Assembly: GCF_006345805.1 (NCBI RefSeq)
Contig: NC_042997.1
Span: 183,644,001 to 183,708,000 of the forward strand
Source of the DNA: Octopus sinensis
Taxonomy: Eukaryota
Direction of reading: 5' to 3'
Length of the DNA: 64,000 nt
The position numbers and the translations under genes were made by a program. The first letter of the stretch is position 1. Every line of letters starts with the position of its first letter. Below the pieces are notes generated by a model, which saw nothing but the letters and a program-made list of their open reading frames with translations, was not told where the DNA came from and made no database searches. Shown here in pieces: positions 11,620 to 23,455 of the stretch.

Positions 11620-11622
<3 letters not shown>

Positions 11623-12190
11623 TTTTGTATGTTTTTGTGACTATGTTTGTTCCCCTCTATCGCGTGACATCGGTGTTGAATATGTTTACATCCCAGCAAT
11701 CTAGCTATTGGACAATAGGTACCGATAGAATAAGTACCAGGCTTTAAAAAATAAGTATTAAGGCTGATTCATTGAACTAAACTTCTTCTAGGCACTACTC
11801 CAGCATGGCCCCAGTCTAATGACTGAAACAAGCACAAAATAAAAGAGAAAAATAAATAAAATAAGGAAAAGCCGACAGCTATAACATATGGGAACAATAT
11901 TTTGTTAAAAGCAATAATTTTGCACAGCCCAAAAGAATACGCAATAAACCATGATGATCTATGTGGAAAATCTTTCTGTACGAATTCTAAGCTTGTTATC
12001 TGTAAACTTAGTGACCTTACAATTGTGAAACATATGTAAAAAAAATCCTTTGTCTAACATTCTCGCACAAAAGAATACGTGAGAATTATGCTTCCGGTAA
12101 CATATACATATGAAAACACATATGTAAACAAATCAACACCATTATCACGCTATAGAGGGGAACAAACATAGTCACAAAACCATACAAACG

Positions 12191-12222
<32 letters not shown>

Positions 12223-12826
12223 ATAATATATATATTATATATATATATATATATAAAACTTTTGTATGTTTTTGTGACTATGTTTGTTCCCCTCTATCGC
12301 GTGACATCGGTGTTGAATATGTTTACATCCCAGCAATCTAGCTATTGGACAATAGGTACCGATAGAATAAGTACCAGGCTTTAAAAAATAAGTATTAAGG
12401 CTGATTCATTGAACTAAACTTCTTCTAGGCACTACTCCAGCATGGCCCCAGTCTAATGACTGAAACAAGCACAAAATAAAAGAGAAAAATAAATAAAATA
12501 AGGAAAAGCCGACAGCTATAACATATGGGAACAATATTTTGTTAAAAGCAATAATTTTGCACAGCCCAAAAGAATACGCAATAAACCATGATGATCTATG
12601 TGGAAAATCTTTCTGTACGAATTCTAAGCTTGTTATCTGTAAACTTAGTGACCTTACAATTGTGAAACATATGTAAAAAAAATCCTTTGTCTAACATTCT
12701 CGCACAAAAGAATACTGAGAATTATGCTTCTGGTAACATATACATATGAAAACACATATGTAAACAATCAACATCATTATCACGCTATAGAGGGGAACAA
12801 ACATAGTCACAAAACCATACAAACGT
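11620..12826. mobile_element. Tandem pair of ~570-bp MITEs (~70-bp TIRs) carrying a family B SINE 3' fragment
   Basis: Units 11620-12191 and 12257-12826, period 637, about 99% identical. Each is bounded by inverted TTTGTATG.TTTTGTGACTATGTTTGTTCCCCTCTAT.GCGTGA and sits in (TA)n. Confidence 0.85.
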
Positions 12827-13131
12827 TATATATAAATATATATATATTAACACGCAGACATCTTTATCTATGAATACACATGCAAACACTCATATTCACT
12901 GAAACACACATGCACATGCGCGCGCACGAACACTTTTCTATTCACTGTATTACCCATGAGAGAGAAAAGTTTTTCCGCGTTCATATTTAGTATTCAGATC
13001 GCCCTACTGAGGTATTTTCTCCCGGCTCTATTGTTAATAATAATAATATAAATGGTTTTACGGTACTAGCTTTGTATGGTTCCTAGTCAGACATACAAAT
13101 ATATTTTCAAAATATGCAATATATGTGTGTG

Positions 13132-13200
<69 letters not shown>

Positions 13201-13307
13201 ACACACACACATATATATACGTACATACATACATACATACACACACACATATATATATATATACACACACATATATTTATGCATACACACACACACATAT
13301 ATATATA

Positions 13308-13690
13308 CTAGCAGTATCGCCCGGCGTTGCTCAGGTTTGTAAGGGAAATAACTATAAAGCATTTTTAGAGAGTTATAGCCAAAAAATAGCAAAAAAATGG
13401 AAAAAAAATGATGGTAAATTTTTTTGAGAGTTAAAAAAGGTGGAGTTGCGTCCCCTAGACGGTCTGTGGTTTGGGTTTCTGATTCTCGACCCCATGTCGA
13501 ATTTATCGATTTTTTTCAGAACTGGGGGAACTTTTCAAAATTTTCGCTGCGTTAGTTTTGAATTATGACATTGGGTATGTGTGTGTCAAGTTTCATCAGA
13601 ATCGGTTGAAAGCCGTGGTCAGGGTGAGGGTACAAGCAAACAGACACACAGAAACACGCACAGACAAACTGCCGTTTATATAGAGAGAGA
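13308..13690 (-). mobile_element. Non-autonomous Helitron (copy A)
   Basis: On the minus strand: A^TC start, subterminal hairpin CC.GAGCAACGCCGGG, CTAG^T end. Confidence 0.85.
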
Positions 13691-14039
13691 TATATATAGA
13701 TACATAGGCATACAAGTACCCGTGTGTGTACGCGCGCCTTTGCCTCCGTGTGTGTGTCTGTCTGTCTGTCTGTGTCTATATATGTGTGTGAGTGTGTGCG
13801 TGTTAGCGTGCATGCGCATGTGTGTGTGTCTGCGTTTGTGTTTCTGTGTGTGTTGTGTGTTCGTGTGTGTGTGTGGTTGCGTGCGTGTGTTCAGCCGACT
13901 TTCATTAATGAAGTATCGTTGAAGCTTGTGGAATGTTAGATTAGTGCATTTGCTGGGTCGCCAATGGTTGGATTAACACATACAGTTTACCCAACATTTC
14001 TCTACCTTACCCTACCTTTAAAATACTCAGTATTAATCA

Positions 14040-14640
14040 ATAAAAGGGTAAATACTCCCTTCGGTCATGAATGACCATGGGATTATACTTAGAAAGTTCC
14101 CTTCCAAGGCTTAAGGCCGGGCAGGGTAGTGTATGGAAGACCAACAGTCTCGCCACTCCATGCTACCGATGTTATCCAAGGGAAACGCAAAAGCCGATAC
14201 AGCTTGGCACCAGTGACATCAAAACTCATTTCTACAGCTGAGTGAACGGGAGTAGGATCGCGGTTTCGATTCCCAGACCGGGCGTTGTGAGTGTTTATTG
14301 AGCGAAAACACCTAAAGCTCCACGAGGCTCCGGCAGGGGATGGTGGTGATCCCTTCTGTACTCTTTCACCCACAACTTTCTCTCACTCTTACTTCCTGTT
14401 CTGTTGTACTGTTTTTCAAAGGGCCGGCCTTGTCACTCTCTGTGTCACGCTGAATATCCCCGAGAACTACGTTAAGGGTACATGTGTCTGTGGAGTGCTC
14501 AGCCACTTGCACGTTAATTTCACGAGCAGGCTGTTCCGTTGATCGGATCAACCGGAACCCTCGTCGTCGTAACCGACGGAGTGCTTAAAAAAAAGAACGG
14601 GAGTAACGTGAAATAAAGTGTCATTATCAAGAATATAACG
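14040..14640 (-). mobile_element. Family C SINE interrupted by a family E SINE
   Basis: Homology to 538-860 on both sides of the insert; 11-bp TSD GAACGGGAGTA at 14244 and 14595. Confidence 0.8.
14255..14594 (+). mobile_element. Family E SINE, 5'-truncated, A-rich tail
   Basis: B-box GTTTCGATTCC, body GTCACGCTGAAT..CCCGAGAACTACGTTAAGGGTAC, end CGTAACCGACGGAGTGC followed by an A run. Confidence 0.85.
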
Positions 14641-14647
14641 CATTAAA

Positions 14648-15045
14648 TCTCTCTATATATAAAGCTGAAGTTGTCTGTGTGTGGCAGGTTTGGTAGCCTT
14701 CAACTAACACTATCTCCTCCGAGACCCTGCGGCGCAAGTTGACCAAAATTGAGAGTATGATAGGAGAAGGCTTGCTCTTCCTTCCGTAGAAGAAAAAATC
14801 CAAATCGGACCATGTTAACACCAAAAATTATTTACATCAAAAAGGTGCTTTTTTTCAATGAAAATCCCTATTTTTTACGATTTTTTGACTGCTGTGTCGC
14901 CATTTTTCGGTGTATTTCAACCAGCAAAATGTTCACTTAAAGAGAATAACAAGCTACATAATGCAAAATTTTTACTTTTCAAAAATTCTAATTCTAAAGG
15001 GTCGAAAAGAAAACAAGCCCGAGCAACCCTGGGCTATACTGCTAG
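14648..15045 (+). mobile_element. Non-autonomous Helitron (copy B)
   Basis: A^TC at 14648, hairpin GCCCGAGCAACCCTGGGC, CTAG^T at 15042-15045. Confidence 0.8.
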
Positions 15046-15289
15046 TTGATTAATAAAGGGGAAAAAAGAAAAGGAAAGAAAAGAAACGAGATAAAAAAAA
15101 CAAATGAAATTTTAATGAAGAACAATTAAAATAATGGGTACATGGTACAATAGTTTTATCGACTTGTATAAAGAAGCTTAACATTGCTGTCTCCAAAGGG
15201 AATAGCTGGCAATGACAACAAACCAGAGTTACATATCAGGAAGAAGAAGCTGTTAGGATCACGATTATCATACTGAAAGGGAGCTGCAG

Positions 15290-15782
15290 CATATGAACCA
15301 AATATGAACCATTTTGTTGCACAATGCGTCTCCATCCTTCCTTTAACTTGAAAATACCCTCTTCCTAGAATTGAGGTGGTTTCATGGCAAAGAATTCATC
15401 AAGGTATCTGAAAACGTTATCCAAGATATGTAAATTTTTTACCATTAAGACTATTCTGCAGAGACCTGAATAAGTGGAAATCCGAAGGAGCAATATCTGG
15501 TGAATATGGAGGGTGGGGGTAACACATCCCAACCGAGCTGCTGCAAGTTTTGTCTCGTTCCCAAAGCATCAAGTGCCGAAAATGAACTTTGTTATCTTCC
15601 ATTTTAAAGGGTTACAGAATTAACACAGGTTATAGGAACATAAACCTTCTTCCACGAAGATAGCTTAAATCGTGCTCTAAATGGAGGTGTAGTCAAATCC
15701 TATTTTATGGACTCAACCATATTCTAAAATAAGTCGAAAGGTAAGCTACTATAAATCGACACGAACTTTCCGGACAACCCAA
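15290..15782 (-). pseudogene. Internally deleted mariner (DD34D) element
   Basis: N-terminus MEDNKVHFRHLML is joined to the C-terminal HPPYSPDIAPSDFHLFRSLQNSL and YLDEFFAMK..EEGIFKLKEGWRRIVQQNGSY. TIR TTGGGTTGTCCGGAAAGTTCGTGTCGATTT with TA at 15783-15784. Confidence 0.9.
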
Positions 15783-16445
15783 TACTTCATCAAAATCTTT
15801 AGCCTATTCCTTCTCCAGATCTCCATACATCTCAACACGTTGACTTAGGAAGTACTTTATCTGTACCTCATCCAGTTTTGAACTTTTCCCGTCTTTCATT
15901 ACCCTCCCTTTGTGCATTTTTTTCTTTGGATGTCGCTGTTAAAATTTACCTGTTATGGAAAATGTAGTATTCGCGCCTTTTACACTATTAGAAATACTCC
16001 TTTTTTGCTTTAGGATCACAATTGGGAATAATTACGAGGAAGTTTTCTTAATTGTTTCAAATTCTGGCACAAGGATGGAAGTTAGTTGATTTCATTGATC
16101 TTAGTACTTCGCAACCACGTAAGGATGAAAGGCAAAATTGACCTCGATGGGATATGAACTCAGAACGCAAAGACGGGCGAAGTGCCGGTGTGCTAACGAT
16201 TCTGCCAACTCGCCGCCTTTAGAGTAGTAAAGAATATTAGAAATATACTTATGTAATGCAAATCTTATCTAAATATGTTAGGTAGAGTGGATAGATATAT
16301 GTATTATACCTAAAATTGGCACACCTCTGAGTATCACCCTAGGCTGTGCTGTTCATCACTATAGCATACAGTTGTGAGCAGCTTAGTCTGGGGCGAACCT
16401 CAGAGTAGACTGTCAATTTTTGACAAACTCAACATATATGTGCAT

Positions 16446-16476
<31 letters not shown>

Positions 16477-16955
16477 CGCGTGTATGTATGTATATATGTA
16501 TGCATGTATGTATGTATGTATGTGTGTGTGTATGTATGTATGTATGTATGTATGTATGTATGTCTACATATGTGTATAGAAAGACGAAGGAAAAGATAAG
16601 TTATTAAAGGAAGGCAGATAGGAATAAGCGGAATGAGAATAAGGTGGCTATCGATTCAGAGTTCAAATTATGCCTCTCAGAATTTCGGAAAGACCGCAGT
16701 GGTATTGGTAAGGAAGTGTGTCGGGCATGCGTGAGGGCTTCTTCGTTGTTTCTCTGGTTATCTTCTGCATGTTGGTGAAATATCTGAGAGTTGAGCATCT
16801 TATTAAATGCACTGAATATTTTTTCTCCATCTCAGTTCCATGTTCTAAACGTGCTGGGTCAAGTTTGCCTTGATTAATTGGAGCAAAGATCAATGTCCAC
16901 GTGAAATGAAGAAAAAGAAAGAATGAATCTTGAATATACTCATAAATATGCATAC

Positions 16956-17349
16956 CCATTTCTTTATTGCCCACAAGGGGCTAAACGCAGAGGGGACAAA
17001 CAAGGGCAGACAAACGGATTAAGTCGATTACATCGACCCCAGTGCGTAACGGGTACTTATTTAATCGACCCCGAAAGGATGAAAGGCAAAGTCGACCTCG
17101 GCAGAATTTGAACTCAGAACGTAACGGCAGACGAAATACTTATTTCTTTACTACCCACAAGGGGCTAAACACAGAGAGGACAAACAAGAACAGGCAGACG
17201 AATTAAGTCGATTATATCGACCCAGTGCGTAACTGGTACTTATTTAATCGATCCCGAAAGGATGAAAGGCAAAGTCGACCTCGGCGGAATTTGAACTCAG
17301 AACGTAGCGGCAAATGAAATACGGCTACGCATTTCGCCCGGCGTGCTAA
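16956..17349 (-). mobile_element. Family A SINE, two-body tandem
   Basis: Two bodies and one truncated head; 18-bp TSD ACTCATAAATATGCATAC at 16938 and 17350. Confidence 0.9.
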
Positions 17350-17519
17350 ACTCATAAATATGCATACATTTACTTTGCTGTAACCCATTGGAGTCATCAA
17401 TAAATTTTACGACTATTAAACATTTTCACTCGATACATGAAGACAAATTCTCATGAAGTCTTGCTACAAATTACCGTTTTCCCAAGAAGCGACCGGCTCG
17501 AACAAGGAGAACAAAAACC

Positions 17520-17786
17520 GGCTCTTTTCGCTTTGACCGGCAGATTTTTAAAATAATTTCTTTGTAACTAAACACTTGAATTCACCTCAATAGACGTCAT
17601 TGATTGGTTGAAATTGCCGAAATGCTAGAAATTAAACAACAAATAGCTTACAAACTACAGAATTTTCTCAAGAAAGCCAAGAGAAAAAGATGTTTTATAA
17701 ACACATTCTACCAGTATACGAAGTTTAAAAATGTTTAGTTACAAAGAAATTATTTTAAAAATCTGCCGGTCAAAGTGAAAAGATCC
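17520..17786. mobile_element. MITE related to 1744-2181 with ~55-bp TIRs
   Basis: Shares the CCTCAATAGACGTCATTGATTGG...AAGATCC right part; its left end is an inverted copy of its right end. Confidence 0.85.
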
Positions 17787-18418
17787 CAAAAACCGCGTTA
17801 ATGTATAACCGAAAAATTATCAAACCGAATGAGTAAAAATCCCTTCAGTGTAAGATACCAAGTAGAAGGTTTAAAATACATAGAAGCGATTTATGTGGTA
17901 ATTAGACTCCCATGAATCTCACGAGTTACATCTTCATTCGCATAATTGAGACATTTATGTATTAAGAAGGCTCTACAGGGTATTAGAAATTAGTTGGAGA
18001 TGACTACGTGAAATAAACAATCTAAAAGAGCGAATCGAGAATGTATCCAAGTGAAGAAAATAAGCATATATTTCCAAGATATCTAAATGCTTCTGTGACT
18101 ACTCGCTTCTTCAACAGGTGTAAAAAAAACACAGTTTCTCGTTAAACCTTATGATAAATAGCAGTCCGTTACAAGGAATTAAATATAAAGCGATGTAACA
18201 TACAAGGGAACGAAACAAGCGCGTTTACATACCATCAAAAACTTCTTGTCTTACGGAGGCATTGAAAATACTTAGACGTATATACCATATGTCAAATAAA
18301 TTCGATGGCTTGTTTCTTTCTAATATAATTTCATCTGTTGTCAGCGAAGATGGCCAATCAATAAAGTGCAGTGCTTGGTACTTTTTAGGAATATAAAAGA
18401 AACTCAAAACTTCTGTCT

Positions 18419-18574
18419 CACTGTGTTAGATAATATGGTCCAGGTACAACACTCAGGGCCATATTATCAAGGGAATCTTTGTCCGAGCAGAAAAATATGA
18501 TCCAAGGGAGATTTTATGGTCATTTCGAGCAGGTCAAACGACCGTGGAAAAGAACCATCATTGATTCATGTATA
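18419..18574. repeat. Unclassified ~160-bp element, copy 1
   Basis: Closely similar copy at 20221-20384; contains a 13-bp hairpin. Confidence 0.85.
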
Positions 18575-18693
18575 ATTTTCAGTTTCTTTTATATTCCTAA
18601 AGATTAAATTCAACATCTACAATGTTATAGAGCTTCTGTTACTCACTTTGTGGTATCTACTTACCGCTAGGAAGACTAAGTCGTTGAGAAATA

Positions 18694-18878
18694 TATTTCT
18701 TTATTCACCTATAAAAAGGTTTACATAGAGGGGACGTTACAAGGACAGATAAGGGACATGTAGTGTACAGACACGCTTCTTATATACAAGATGAAAAGAC
18801 AGATGGATTTACATATATTATACGGATGGGAGTTAAAAATATACGTGATGATTAGATGGAAATTGGGTTCCGAGTTAG
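18694..18878 (-). mobile_element. 5'-truncated retro-insertion with a family-A-like 3' tail and an unrelated body
   Basis: 15-bp TSD AGTCGTTGAGAAATA at 18679 and 18879. Minus-strand tail TCTGTCCTTGT..GTCCCCTCTATGT...AATAAAGAAATA. Confidence 0.65.
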
Positions 18879-19108
18879 AGTCGTTGAGAAATAAATGTCT
18901 CCAGTATGGATATGCAGCTTAGTTCTCGTGAAAGTGTTTTCACTACCTAACACCAATCAGATTGATGCCCGGTACTCTATGAACTCTTCATTTTCAGCTC
19001 TCTCCTTGAACTTTCTCTGAAGGTTTCCAATTCGAATTCCATCGAGATCAATTTTACTCTTCTTCCTCTATGAGCCAATAGAGCCAATAAAATATATATT
19101 CGTATATC

Positions 19109-19348
19109 TGTTTCTTTACTACCCACAAGGGGCTAAACACAGAGGGGACAAACAAGGACAGACAAAGGGATTAAGTGGATTACATCGACCACAGTGCATA
19201 ACTGGTACTTAATTTATCGACCTCGAAAGGATGAAAGGCAAAGTCGACTTCGACGGAATTTGAACTCAGAGCGTAACGGCAGACGAAATACGGCTACGCA
19301 TTTCGCCCGGCGTGCTAACATTTCTGCCAGTTCGCCGCTTAATAAAAG
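19109..19348 (-). mobile_element. Family A SINE
   Basis: Full copy; TSD ATATATTCGTATATC at 19094 and 19349. Confidence 0.9.
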
Positions 19349-19553
19349 ATATATTCGTATATCATCAACAGAGCGCGCTCAAACGTGTGAAGGGAGTTGG
19401 GAACACAAAAAAAAATGAAAAAAAAACAAACAAACAATTTGCAGAATCAGCAGGATGTATGACATCACTAACACTAAGATCAAAGCACTCCAGTTGTAAC
19501 CATCTAATCTCTTTCCCCAGGCTCACTAGATCACAGAAAAGGATACATTAACT

Positions 19554-20225
19554 CAGTGTTTCCCAATCTGGGACCATATGGTTTCAAAGAGACCATGGCG
19601 AAGTCAAGTGGGACCACGAAAATTTTGAATTGGAGTGAAGTACGGGTTTATTGAAAATAGCCACATAGCTACCACTCTGTTTCTTCCTAAAATTTTCTAT
19701 TACTGTCTTCAACTCTTTAAAATTTACATACAAAACATAATGCACATAACATACAAAAGCATTTTCTGTCTTAAGTTCCGCCATGACAAAAAGAATTTAA
19801 AATGGTATCATTTGACAATTTATCATTCATGAATAGAGTATCAAGTTGGCATTGAAAAGTCTTGTATGAATTAAATATAATGCTACTGTTTTTGAAGTGC
19901 ATACAACTGGTAACAATCTCTAAAGAAATTGCCTGTGACGCTCTGTTGAAGTTTGAGACAGTGTTTAAACATTCATTTAAAGAAAAAAAAATCATGATAA
20001 TAGAATTGATTTAAAACAAGATTTAAATTTCGTATTTGATAGATTTTGCAAGTTGTATTTTTATTAGCGGTTTTACCTTTTTTTTAATGTGACAGGTTTC
20101 TACTATTAGCCATGTATTACAGAATTTAAGTATTTGTTTCACTGATAATGCCGAGTGGAGGGAGAACCAAAAAATTAGATATCAAAGTGGATGTCATCAG
20201 CTAAAATAAAGACTGGGTTCCACTG
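19554..20225. mobile_element. Degenerate hAT (Charlie-like) non-autonomous element
   Basis: Left end CAGTGTTTCCCAA, possible right end GGGTTCCACTG. Flanking 8-mers CATTAACT/TGTTAAAT match at only 5 of 8. Confidence 0.4.
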
Positions 20226-20384
20226 TGTTAAATAATATGGTTTAGGTACAACACTCAGGGCCATATTATCAAGTGAATCTTTGTCCAAGCAGAAAAGTAT
20301 GACCTGAGAAAAGTATGAAGATTTTATGGTCATTTCGAGCAGGTCAAACGACTGTGGAAAGGAACCATCATTGATTCATGTATA
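20221..20384. repeat. Unclassified ~160-bp element, copy 2
   Basis: Homolog of 18419-18574 with a small internal AGAAAAGTATGA duplication. Confidence 0.85.
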
Positions 20385-20667
20385 GTGCTGTAGTCAGGGA
20401 TAGCACTATAAAATTTACGAATATTTTTCTTTCCAGTGTTAAGTTCACTCGATCCAAATGAGAGAGGGAGAAATTATCCACGAAAGATCTATAACAGAAT
20501 TTACCCAGGTTAAGGATTGGATAAAGGTGTATAGTTATAGCTCATCCATTTAACACTGCGAAGTTTGGGAATAAGTACCAAACTCTGTCAGCTCTTTTCA
20601 TTCAAAAGAAAATGAAAAAAAAAGAAAAGAAAGAAAATATGATGTTAGATTCGACCGAGTTGACATA

Positions 20668-21085
20668 TATTTCTTTACTGCCCACGAGGGGCTAAGCATA
20701 GAGAGGACAAACAAAGATAGACAAACGGATTAAGTCGATTACATCGACCCCAGTGCGAAACTGGTACTTATTTAATCGACCCCGAAAGGATGAAAGGCAA
20801 AGTCGACCTCGGCGGAATTTGAACTCAGAATGCAAGGACAGACGAAATACCTATTTCTTTACTACCCACAAGGGGTTAAACACAGAGGGGACAAACAAGG
20901 ACAGACAAATGGGTTAAGTCGATTATATCGACCCCAGTGCGTAACTGGTACTTAATTTATCGACCTCAAAAGGATGAAAGGCAAAGTCGACCTCGGCGGA
21001 ATTTGAACTCAGAACGTAATGGCAGACGAAATACGGCTACGCATTTCGCCCGGCGTGCTAACGATTCTGCCAGCTCGCCGCCTTT
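20668..21085 (-). mobile_element. Family A SINE, two-body tandem, 30-bp TSD
   Basis: TATGATGTTAG(A/G)TTCGACCGAGTTGACATA at 20638-20667 and 21086-21115. Confidence 0.9.
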
Positions 21086-22066
21086 TATGATGTTAGGTTC
21101 GACCGAGTTGACATAATCACGCGTCCCACAGTCTGAACAGGTAAACCTGTAGGCTGACTCGATGTATTTACCTCTATTTGTCTACATCGAGAAATTTTCT
21201 TCATGACAAAACAGAGTGAGTGGCTTTCTTGCGGGTTCGAACATGCCTCAAGCATATTTGAACAGGTAACAAGTTGGTATTTATATGCATCACTGCTTAG
21301 CGCTGTCAATTCGCATAATCAAAAGTGTTCAAGCAGTATTTTCTTTCGTACTGGGTGATTTACTGAACAGACCTGTTATCAAAGACGCTCCTACCACGAC
21401 CTACCTTTTATTGAGAGCATCTATGATTATCTGATAGTTAATCAAATTGGCAGTAGATGATATAAGCGAGATTAAGCAGCTTTTGCAGGTCGAACAATCC
21501 CATAAAGGTTTCCTCGTTAATTCGAAAGAAGATATCACTTGCTGAGTGGCGAATCAATTAACTTATGACACTGACACACGCTCGCGAACATTGGCCGTGT
21601 GCCTGTGAATTGTCATTGCATATTCAATTAGCGACTTAATTGTTTTACATGAAGATTGTCAAATTTCTCTCCCGGAGACATATGCATGCTGTGAAGGTAA
21701 ACAGCAGAAGTGCGCAAATAAGCATTGACATATTTCTATTTATAAAAATGTCTTTGTTCATGCGTTTAAATGCAAAGCGATCACAAGAAAGTACATATGA
21801 TACTTACACAGCGCATATTTATTTAAAGATCATGCAATTTTTCCATATATGTGCCGCGATGAGGCTGGGTGTCTACATGGTCGTTCGACCTGTTAGAAAT
21901 AGCAGCCAAATCTCCCGCAAATCAAACTTTGCTGTTGTACAGATAAAAAGAAGGACACACTACATAATGTCTTTTGTTCATTTTTAAAAATCGGTTTGGT
22001 CTGAAGGAAAGGGTTACAGTTACGGTCTTTGCCGGTCTTCCGCGACCCTCTATCTACATTGATACC

Positions 22067-22538
22067 TCTTTCTTTACTACCCACAGAGGGGACAAACAAG
22101 AACAGACAAACGGATTAAATCGATTACATCGACCCCAGTGCGTAACTGGTACTTAATTTATCGACCACGAAAAGATGAAAGGTAAAGTCGACCTCGGCAG
22201 AATTTGAACTCAGAACGTAATGGCAGACGAAATACCGCTAGGCGTTTCGCCTGGCGTGCTAACGTTTCTGCCAGCTCGCCGCCTTCCATCTATCTACACT
22301 GATACCTATTTCTTTACTACCCACAAGGGGCTACACACAGAGGGGACAAACAAGGACAGACAAACGGATTAAGTCGATTACATCGACCCCAGTGCGTAAC
22401 TGGTACTTAATTTATCGACCCCGAAAGGATGAAAGGTAAAGTCGACCTCGGCAGAATTTGAACTCAGAGCGTAATGGCAGCCGAAATACCGCTAAGCATT
22501 TCGCCCAGCGTGCTAACGATTCTGCCAACTCGCCGCCT
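22067..22538 (-). mobile_element. Two complete family A SINEs separated and flanked by the same 16-mer
   Basis: TATCTACA(T/C)TGAT(A/G)CC at 22051, 22291 and 22539. Confidence 0.9.
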
Positions 22539-22554
22539 TATCTACACTGATGCC

Positions 22555-23110
22555 GTTAATGTCCTGCCTGAATTAATGCAAGTTGATTGCAGAAAGAAAA
22601 AAACATGTGCAAGGAGAGAATTCCAGAAGGCCGACGTTCTAGGGAAGAAGGACGGGAAGGTACTGGCTAGTGATAAGGTTTGTGGTAATGGTTAGTGATA
22701 AGGCAACGGGTGATAAGAAAGGAAGAGATGAATGCGTTCGAAGTATCTAAGTAGATGGAACCCAAGAACAGCCAGTACCAAAAAGCAGAGGTCGTTAGAG
22801 CAGAAGCGGAAAGGCAGAGAGGAGAGAATATGCCTGTGAGCAAGACTAAAATGTACTCGTGAGCAAAATCGTATTATTTTTGTGTTCTAAGATGTTCGTT
22901 TGTGTAACTGCAGCACAGTCCCAGATGTGGAAGCAGTGCTCTACTGATGGTCTCTCCAAAGCTTTGAAACGGGCTAGTTGTTGAAGATAGAGTGAAGTTT
23001 GATGTAGTTTACTTTTCTGGCTCTGAAAAAGCAGACTAATCTTCGAGATGTAGTGTTTGTTATGTTGAGAATGCATGTTCGTCAAAGAAATCTCAGTGAT
23101 GATAAGGACT
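22555..23110 (-). pseudogene. L2/CR1-group LINE, degenerate 3' end of ORF2
   Basis: Translation includes FKALERPSVEHCFHIWD (cf. YKA.IRP.LEYCS.IW) and SFFPRTSAFWNSLLAHVF (cf. SFFPRT..LWNSLP). Confidence 0.8.
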
Positions 23111-23160
23111 TGCACTTAAACTGAAAAGCAGTATCACATTTAATCTAAACATGAACAACA

Positions 23161-23377
23161 TACTCTTTTACCTGTTTCAGTCATTTGACTGCGGCCGTGC
23201 TGGAGCACCGCCTTTAGTCGAGCAAATCGACCCCAGGACTTATTTTCTTTGTAAGCCTAGTACTTATTCTATCGGTCTCTTTTGCCGAACCGCTAAGTTA
23301 CGGAGACGTAAACACTCCAGCATCGGTTGTCAAGCGATGTTGGGTGGACAAACCCAGATACACAAACATATACACAC

Positions 23378-23455
<78 letters not shown>

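Noticed and set aside
18440-18565. C/D or H/ACA snoRNA call for the duplicated 160-bp element
   Set aside because: The C box is imperfect (TGATGG) with no terminal stem, and no ACA box is correctly placed; kept only as an unclassified finding.
16956-22554. Regularly repeated ~200-bp units resembling a CRISPR or spacer array
   Set aside because: They are tandem or dispersed SINE bodies with no unique spacers, in eukaryotic context.
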